Of a stretch of 32,000 nt of DNA, positions 9,292-15,384 are shown one piece after another (the first letter of the stretch is position 1; each line of letters begins with the position of its first letter). Location: contig CAYZSS010000003.1 of NCBI GenBank assembly GCA_964480435.1, positions 1-32,000 on the forward strand, given 5' to 3'. The notes under the pieces were generated by a model. It was not told the DNA's origin and searched no databases. It saw only the letters and a list, made by a program, of their open reading frames with translations. The translations under genes were made by a program, and so were the position numbers. Origin of the DNA: an uncultured archaeon. Its GTDB lineage: Archaea > Iainarchaeota > Iainarchaeia > Iainarchaeales > 0-14-0-20-30-16.

Positions 9292-10988
9292 TGAATTCTA
9301 AATTTATTTTTTTGCTATTTGCTGTATTCTTGATCCTGCCACTTTCATTTTCTAGCATGGTGCAACTAGATATGTCATTTTTTAATAAATCTAGTAACCT
9401 AAGTTATTATGAATGTATTAATTCTGTTTGTTCTTCGTCTTCTTATTCTTTTGTAGATTATTTAGGGAACGAATATCCACATCAAAAAGTACATTTATTA
9501 GCAAATAATACTTTCATACTAACAACGGAAAAGCCTCTTGCCTTTGGGGGTTTATATTTAAAATTAAAATCACAATATTCAACTAGTACGCATCTGTTTC
9601 CTATAATTGAATCATCATACTATGTCTCTCCAAAATATAATGCTATTTATGGTACAGTAAACAAATATAGTCAATCTTACGAACAATATGCTGGTTCTGA
9701 AAATCTTTCGCCACCTACTTTTACCTATAATTATACTCTTTCTTTCCCTGATTACGGCTGCACCCACTACTCTTATTACTCATTTTGTTTTATACTTGAG
9801 CCCCAAGACTATATAGTTGGGGTAGGTCCAACAGGATCTACAGAAATTATTGATACCCTTATCTATGATAATAATATACTAAAATTTGGGCAGCCATATT
9901 TTGCAATGCCGAAAACAATGGCTGGTTTTGTAAATAGTAAAATGGCTTGGGCTTGGACAGTTAGCAAACCTTCAGTTGGATCAAATGCAAATTATACTGT
10001 GTCTCTGCCATATCTGGATTTTAGAGGGTATACATCAGGAGTATACAATCTAGGTGGAGAGGTAAAATACGGGTATAACTTAGAAAAAAAGAAAACAATA
10101 AATAATTTTACTTTAACTGTTTTAGAACCAAAATTAACAGTAAATGGTGTAGATGTAACAGGTAATACAATTACTTTGGATGACGCTACACCTATAACTC
10201 TTGGAATAGATGATGTTTATGTTGGTGCAGATTCAGATATGAACTTTTATTATAATTTTGTTGGTGGGTCGTATGGTGAAAAAAAACTAATCAACACCAG
10301 TTCTAGCGTGTTTTCAGAAATAACTCCTGTGACAGCGGATTTGTGGATAGGGGTAAGAAATAGCCAGACAGGGGAATACTTGTGGAAAAAAGGGTACTTT
10401 GTATATGTCGCACCTCCTGTTGTTGATCCGATTTATGGCTGTAAGGATGAAAATGCAAATAACTACGACCCTGACGCAACAGCGACAGATAATGATCTTT
10501 GTACTTATGATGTGATAATTCCTCCTCCAACAACAGATGGCTTTTTAGGATTATCAATTACTTTTGATAAATTTTTAACTGTTACTGCAAACGAGGAAAA
10601 AGAAGTAGTTCTTGTTTTAAAAAATATGGGTGCTGAAGCAATAGATTTCAATTCTCAAGATTTCACTACAAGCTTGGTAAAAATGACTGAACAAATCTCT
10701 GGAGCAATTTCTGGCCCTTATACTGATTTTGATAATAGCTCTTTTTCTGATTTTAACTTAGCCGTTGGTGCAGAAAAAGAAATTTATTATGTCCTAGATA
10801 CAAAAGACTTTAGTACGACTTATTTAGGCAGTTATGTGCTTAGTGCAAAAGTAAAAAATGCAACAGATGCATTTGCATTTACCTTGGTGTCAAAATCAAG
10901 AGTATTTACCCCTGGGATAAGTATTTATGCCATTTTATTTTTGATTGTGAGTATTGGATTTATTATGTCTGCAAAAATAAAAAAGTGA
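9291..10988 (+). CDS. Surface protein: signal peptide, small disulfide motif, Ig-like/CARDB-like region, C-terminal TM anchor
   Basis: Signal MNSKFIFLLFAVFLILPLSFSS. Many N-x-S/T sequons. YGCKDENANNYDPDATATDNDLCTY motif. C-terminus TPGISIYAILFLIVSIGFIMSAKIKK (TM helix plus basic tail). Confidence 0.65.
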   Translation: MNSKFIFLLFAVFLILPLSFSSMVQLDMSFFNKSSNLSYYECINSVCSSSSYSFVDYLGNEYPHQKVHLLANNTFILTTEKPLAFGGLYLKLKSQYSTSTHLFPIIESSYYVSPKYNAIYGTVNKYSQSYEQYAGSENLSPPTFTYNYTLSFPDYGCTHYSYYSFCFILEPQDYIVGVGPTGSTEIIDTLIYDNNILKFGQPYFAMPKTMAGFVNSKMAWAWTVSKPSVGSNANYTVSLPYLDFRGYTSGVYNLGGEVKYGYNLEKKKTINNFTLTVLEPKLTVNGVDVTGNTITLDDATPITLGIDDVYVGADSDMNFYYNFVGGSYGEKKLINTSSSVFSEITPVTADLWIGVRNSQTGEYLWKKGYFVYVAPPVVDPIYGCKDENANNYDPDATATDNDLCTYDVIIPPPTTDGFLGLSITFDKFLTVTANEEKEVVLVLKNMGAEAIDFNSQDFTTSLVKMTEQISGAISGPYTDFDNSSFSDFNLAVGAEKEIYYVLDTKDFSTTYLGSYVLSAKVKNATDAFAFTLVSKSRVFTPGISIYAILFLIVSIGFIMSAKIKK

Positions 10989-10992
10989 TGCT

Positions 10993-11562
10993 ATGAAAAA
11001 AATATTTTTTATTTTATTTTTTATTTCACTTATTTTTGTGGCTGTATTCTTTATAGCATTTTTATTTACTGCATTGACAACTTTATTCATATTTTTTGCG
11101 TTATTTTTTATTTTTTCTTTGATATTTTTAATTTTATTTGTGGCTTTTGATAAAATAAAAAAAATATTAGAAAAAAAAGGGCTAACAAAATATTATAAGC
11201 AAAAAAGAAATAAAGAAAGAGAAATGAAAGAATTAGAAACTCTTTTTTTTAAAAGAGAAATGAGCGAAGAAATATTTAAAAAAACAAGAAAAGATATAGC
11301 GCGAGAATTATTTGAAATAGATGCAAAAATAAGAATATCTCAAATATCAATCGCAACTCCTGAGGATGAAATAAAAGAAAAAATAAAACTTTTGACAAAA
11401 AATTATCTGTCAAAAAAAATGAGCGAAGATTTATTTCAAGAACTTTATGCTAAATATGCGCGGGCTCTAGCAACAAAGAAATCAAATAAAATTAATGAAA
11501 CTCTTGATAGAAAAATAAAAAGAGAAATACTAAACATAAAAAGAGAAAAAGAAAAAAAATAA
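10993..11562 (+). CDS. Membrane protein with two SHOCT-like C-terminal repeats
   Basis: About 50 aa of F/L/I-rich TM sequence, then two related segments: LETLFFKREMSEEIFKKTRKDIAREL and LLTKNYLSKKMSEDLFQELYAKYARAL. Begins 4 nt after the upstream gene. Confidence 0.5.
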   Translation: MKKIFFILFFISLIFVAVFFIAFLFTALTTLFIFFALFFIFSLIFLILFVAFDKIKKILEKKGLTKYYKQKRNKEREMKELETLFFKREMSEEIFKKTRKDIARELFEIDAKIRISQISIATPEDEIKEKIKLLTKNYLSKKMSEDLFQELYAKYARALATKKSNKINETLDRKIKREILNIKREKEKK

Positions 11563-11579
11563 TGTCTGCAAAAAAATAA

Positions 11580-12785
11580 TTACATATTAATTTTTGGTTC
11601 TAAAATAGTATTTAAGATGCTTGCATCTACTCCTAATTTTATTAGTGTTGTTGTTCCTCTTACTCCTTTTCCGGATAGAGTGGTGGCAATTAAACCATAT
11701 AGCTCAAGTTCATCTAAATATTGTTTAAACCATTTTAATGATACTGGGTTTTTACCTTGTGTTTTTGCAATTTTATAATATTCTCCATATACTTCTCCAG
11801 AATATAGAACGTCTTCTCCATTGTGGCTTAATACTGTTTGAGTTCTATATTTTGTTAGTCTTGTTACTGCAAATAGAACATACTGTAATTGTTCAGGAAG
11901 CGTGCCAACCATATCAAGTAAAATATCTTTTTCTACTCTTTTTTTTGCATCTCTTACATGGGCTTCAACTACCTGTATCTCATTATTTTCGTCTGCAAGT
12001 TCTCCTGCACGTAATAAAAGTAAAATTGCAGTTCTTGCATCCCCTGATTCTTGTGCAGCGTAGGCCGATGCAAGTCTTATTGCTGAATCATCAACACAGT
12101 TTTCGTTGAAACCTTCTGCTGTTCTATCTTGCAAAATTTTTGTAAGTTCTCCTGCGTTGTATGGTGGAAAAACTAATTCTCTTTCACAAAGACTGCTTTT
12201 TGTTCGGGGGTCTAGTTTCTGTTTAAACATTACGTTGTTTGATATTCCAATTATACTTACTGAGCCACTGCTTAATTCATCATTAGCTCTAGTTAAAGAA
12301 TAAACTGCTTCATCAACATCTTTTATTAGATCAATTTCATCTAAAACAATTATTAATGCTATTTTCTTGTTTTTTATATAATCCATAAGTTTATCATAAA
12401 CAAATGATGATGAGTACCCCACATAATCATGTGAGTCAAAGTCATTTATATGCTTTAAAATTATTCTGTATTTTGTGTTGTGATTTCTGCAATTTATATA
12501 AGTCGTGATTACTGATTCGCAATCAGTTCTTTCTTTTATTAGCTCAGCCATTTTCGCTAATACTACTCGTATTGTGCTTGTTTTTCCTGTGCCTGTTTTT
12601 CCATAAATAAAAAGATTTCCTATTTTTTTTCCACTTAGTGCGGGGGCGATGTTAGTAATAATTTCTTTTATTTGGTCATCTCTAAAAGGCAGAATATCTG
12701 GGATGTAGTGCGGAGAAACAATGTCCTTGTTTTTAAAAACGCTGGATCTTTTTAGCTCCGATTTAAACATTTCCTTAATATCCAT
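11580..12785 (-). CDS. cdc6: Orc1/Cdc6 replication initiator (AAA+ ATPase plus winged helix)
   Basis: Walker A GKTGTGKTS, Walker B IVLDEID, sensor region SIIGISN, C-terminal winged-helix-like region. 401 aa. Confidence 0.95.
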   Translation of the reverse strand: MDIKEMFKSELKRSSVFKNKDIVSPHYIPDILPFRDDQIKEIITNIAPALSGKKIGNLFIYGKTGTGKTSTIRVVLAKMAELIKERTDCESVITTYINCRNHNTKYRIILKHINDFDSHDYVGYSSSFVYDKLMDYIKNKKIALIIVLDEIDLIKDVDEAVYSLTRANDELSSGSVSIIGISNNVMFKQKLDPRTKSSLCERELVFPPYNAGELTKILQDRTAEGFNENCVDDSAIRLASAYAAQESGDARTAILLLLRAGELADENNEIQVVEAHVRDAKKRVEKDILLDMVGTLPEQLQYVLFAVTRLTKYRTQTVLSHNGEDVLYSGEVYGEYYKIAKTQGKNPVSLKWFKQYLDELELYGLIATTLSGKGVRGTTTLIKLGVDASILNTILEPKINM

Positions 12786-12837
12786 ATATACTAATAAACA
12801 AGGAAAAGAATATATTGTTTGTTTAGGTTTTCTAATA

Positions 12838-14133
12838 ATGCTTAAATATTTATTATGCCTTTTATTGCTTTTCTCGATGTGTTTTTGTTATTTCCCCTTT
12901 AACTATGATTCAATTACAGTAAAGTATACACAAGATTATAATCTTGCTATTGAAAAAAATCTTGGCCAGCTTGATTGGATAGAGGCTAAATTGTTACGTC
13001 CTGGTGAGGCCATTTCTGTAGAAGAAAGCGTGATTTTTAATGGAGCAAAAATGAATCCTTTAACTGAGACAGACAGTTATGGCAATCTTTGGTCTGTTTA
13101 TAAATTTGAAAATATAAGGGCAGGTAATATTGCATTGAAAAGAGAATATACTCTTTCTGGAAGTAATGAAAAAGATTTTATAGATAAAAATTATTTAGAC
13201 AGCAATTATGTTGTTCTAAATAAAGATATTAATGAACTTGCTGAAGAGTTGTACAGCGTAGATGACCTGGAATTTTTAATAAATGTGTCCAGTTGGATTA
13301 AAAAAAACCTATCTTATGATTATTCTAAACTTGTTGATTTGTACTATAATGTAAATAACTCAGTGCAAACTTTCAACAGCAAAAAAGGGGTTTGCGTAGA
13401 TTACTCTATTCTTGCTTCAGCAATACTTAAGGCAGAAGGAATAAAGTCCAGATTCGTGGCAGGAATAGTCTATGATGGCGAATCTTGGGGCTCTCATGCG
13501 TGGCTAGAGGCATACCTAACAGGCTATGGTTGGGTAAGCATAGATCCCACCTATAATCAAGTATATGTGCTTGATTTAACGCATATAAAAATTGGCACTT
13601 TTTCTGATTACAGTGAAATGCATGATTCTATTTCAGCAAATTTTTCTTTGGAGAACGTGGAAATTAAGAAAGGAAACGCGCTGAATTTGGATGTAGCCAT
13701 AATCTCGGAAAATAAAAAGGAAAAAACTTATGTATTAGATTACCCTCAAAAAATATACTCTGGAACAGACTTTAATTTTTGTATTGATTCAAATGAACTT
13801 ATTTTGCCAATTGAATTTTATAACTCTCTGGAGCCCAAAGAATTTGTAGGGGTCTTGTATAAAAATAAATGCCTTGAGATACAAGTGCCCGATTATAATG
13901 GACCTGTTTATGCTCCATTTGTTCTGCAACTTCCAGGTCAGAAGATAGAAGGTAGTTTTTACATTGAACCACAAGACCAAGATAAAAATAGTTTTTTAGT
14001 GCAAGAAAAGACAGAGCCCGAAACAAACAAAGAAGATAGCACAATATCGATTAGTTTGGTTGTTTTATTGGGTTTAGTTGTTGTGTTTGCTTTATTGCTG
14101 GCTAAAAGATATTTTTTTAAACCTAGTCTATAG
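12838..14133 (+). CDS. Transglutaminase-like cysteine protease/transglutaminase domain exoprotein with C-terminal TM anchor
   Basis: Cys-His-Asp core: KKGVCVDYSILASA, GSHAWLEAY, VSIDPT. N-terminal signal MLKYLLCLLLLFSMCFC. C-terminal TISISLVVLLGLVVVFALLLAKRYF. The track ORF starts at 12721, but that extension overlaps the cdc6 5' end, so ATG 12838 is preferred. Confidence 0.85.
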   Translation: MLKYLLCLLLLFSMCFCYFPFNYDSITVKYTQDYNLAIEKNLGQLDWIEAKLLRPGEAISVEESVIFNGAKMNPLTETDSYGNLWSVYKFENIRAGNIALKREYTLSGSNEKDFIDKNYLDSNYVVLNKDINELAEELYSVDDLEFLINVSSWIKKNLSYDYSKLVDLYYNVNNSVQTFNSKKGVCVDYSILASAILKAEGIKSRFVAGIVYDGESWGSHAWLEAYLTGYGWVSIDPTYNQVYVLDLTHIKIGTFSDYSEMHDSISANFSLENVEIKKGNALNLDVAIISENKKEKTYVLDYPQKIYSGTDFNFCIDSNELILPIEFYNSLEPKEFVGVLYKNKCLEIQVPDYNGPVYAPFVLQLPGQKIEGSFYIEPQDQDKNSFLVQEKTEPETNKEDSTISISLVVLLGLVVVFALLLAKRYFFKPSL

Positions 14134-14172
14134 TTAAATTATATATTATTTGTTGGTGTTTTTGGCCAACCT

Positions 14173-14191
14173 AGCCTTTTTTCTAAAAAGG
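14173..14191. promoter_or_regulatory. Palindrome GCCTTTTT tct AAAAAGGC ending 5 nt upstream of tRNA-Gly
   Basis: 8-bp perfect stem with a 3-nt loop. T6 run on the plus strand and T5 run on the minus strand. Candidate bidirectional terminator or tRNA leader structure. Confidence 0.45.
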
Positions 14192-14196
14192 CCGGA

Positions 14197-14267
14197 GCGA
14201 GTGTAGGTCAGTGGTAGACTACAGCCTTGCCAAGGCTGCGACCCGGGTTCAAGTCCCGGCATTCGCA
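14197..14267 (+). tRNA. tRNA-Gly (anticodon GCC)
   Basis: Hand-folded cloverleaf. Acceptor GCGAGTG/CATTCGC (one G-U). D arm GGTC-AGTGGTA-GACT. Anticodon arm CAGCC-TTGCCAA-GGCTG. T arm CCGGG-TTCAAGT-CCCGG. Discriminator A. No encoded CCA and no intron. Confidence 0.9.
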
Positions 14268-14273
14268 TAAAAC

Positions 14274-14280
14274 TTTTTTT
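14274..14280 (+). terminator. Oligo-T tract (T7) 7 nt after tRNA-Gly
   Basis: Archaeal RNA polymerase terminates at oligo-T tracts. This T7 run follows the tRNA directly. Confidence 0.5.
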
Positions 14281-14331
14281 ATTTTGGAATAAATTAGAGT
14301 AACCAACTTGTTTATTAATTATATTATAATA

Positions 14332-14388
14332 GGTTATGCCAAACCCTTGTCAGGGTGGCTAATTATAACCGGGTTTTGTTTTTTTAAA
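14332..14388 (+). other. Extended hairpin followed by a T-rich tract (candidate terminator or small structured RNA)
   Basis: GGTTAT pairs with ATAACC, GCCA with TGGC, and CCCT with AGGG, around a TGTC tetraloop, with an AA bulge and a TAATT internal loop (14332-14370). It is followed by GGGTTTTGTTTTTTT. Confidence 0.35.
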
Positions 14389-14393
14389 GGTTA

Positions 14394-15284
14394 TTAATTA
14401 CTATGTGCTCGTATGTAGTTGTAAACTGCTTTTCCTGTTGTATTAAAGGGCAGGGATGTCATAAAACTTCTAATTTCGCCATATCCTCTTCTTTTTAATA
14501 AATCGATTGCATAATTTACTGCGTTGTATTTGTCTTCCTCTGTTTTATATTCATTAGCAAGTTTTGAAAGCAACATAGAGATTTTAACAAGGTCATCATG
14601 GGCATAATGGAAATCCTGAAATGACAGAAAAAGAGCATTTGTGTCTCCTCTTTTTTCTCTTTCTTGTCTATTTACAATAAATTCCCTACGTACTTGTTTT
14701 AGCATAAGCTCTTCTAAATCCAATAAGCTCAGCGATAATTTTGCCAATCTGGGCCCCTTAAAGCCTGCTGCTCTTAATTCTTCAAATGCGGGTGTTACTC
14801 TATTAAAAGTCCATGCTGCACCATTAGAGTATGATGCAACTTCAATAATTCTTTCTGCCAACCTAGTTCTATCTAATCCACTAAGTTGTGCTAAAAACTT
14901 GTTATGGCCAGTTATCCCTCTGGTCATTTTTTCTGCTTCGTCTTTTCCCGTTATTTGTTTTCCATACAATTCAGTATCGGATTTTAATCTCTCAACTGAC
15001 TCCTCAAACTTTTTCCTAAATCTTGTAAGCTCCGCAGCTCTTTTTTCAGGGGGTAAATTTAATAATGGAGCTAATGCAGAGTGTAAAAAGCTAGACATGT
15101 CTTCAGGTGATCCCATGTCTGGTATTAGTTCAAGTAAGGGTTTTACTACTACGTCCAAAGCCCTGGCTTTTCTTACTAATCGTAACCAGCCATATTTCGG
15201 AAGCTCGTATTTTCTTGTTAAATAGTCTATTTTTGGGTCTGGATGTACTTTTCTGCCATTTTCCCTTCTTTCTTTTGTAACCAT
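14394..15284 (-). CDS. Conserved-looking hypothetical protein, Cys-free, apparently all-helical, 296 aa
   Basis: Long ORF with an AGTGAT SD 3 nt upstream of the ATG. Sampled 60-nt lines give about 40-42% GC, similar to ppsA and far above neighbouring surface genes (about 18-25%). No motif I can assign with confidence. Confidence 0.6.
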   Translation of the reverse strand: MVTKERRENGRKVHPDPKIDYLTRKYELPKYGWLRLVRKARALDVVVKPLLELIPDMGSPEDMSSFLHSALAPLLNLPPEKRAAELTRFRKKFEESVERLKSDTELYGKQITGKDEAEKMTRGITGHNKFLAQLSGLDRTRLAERIIEVASYSNGAAWTFNRVTPAFEELRAAGFKGPRLAKLSLSLLDLEELMLKQVRREFIVNRQEREKRGDTNALFLSFQDFHYAHDDLVKISMLLSKLANEYKTEEDKYNAVNYAIDLLKRRGYGEIRSFMTSLPFNTTGKAVYNYIRAHSN

Positions 15285-15384
15285 ATAATCACTAAATTAA
15301 TTATGTGCTTTTGTTATTTATATATTTTTCTTAAAATCTTGTTATAATAATAAATTATACTCTTTTTTATTGGAACTAATTAGT

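Noticed and set aside
10993-11200. Extremely T-rich stretch next to the 3' end of cdc6, considered as a possible DNA unwinding element or replication origin
   Set aside because: It reads as a continuous ORF encoding TM helices followed by two SHOCT-like protein repeats. No ORB-like inverted repeats or G-strings were seen. Only a genome-wide skew analysis could revive the idea.
12721-12837. N-terminal 39-codon extension of the transglutaminase-like ORF
   Set aside because: It overlaps the first 65 nt of cdc6 on the opposite strand. ATG 12838 gives a clean signal peptide.
14641-15225. 194-aa plus-strand ORF
   Set aside because: Antisense inside the 14394-15284 gene, which has an SD and a full-length ORF. 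The plus-frame product is S/L/F-rich low-complexity sequence.
14197-15384. Integrated element at tRNA-Gly (an orphan gene directly downstream of a tRNA)
   Set aside because: No integrase, no repeat of the tRNA 3' half in 14268-15384 or near 19168-19224, and the gene's composition resembles core genes rather than foreign DNA.
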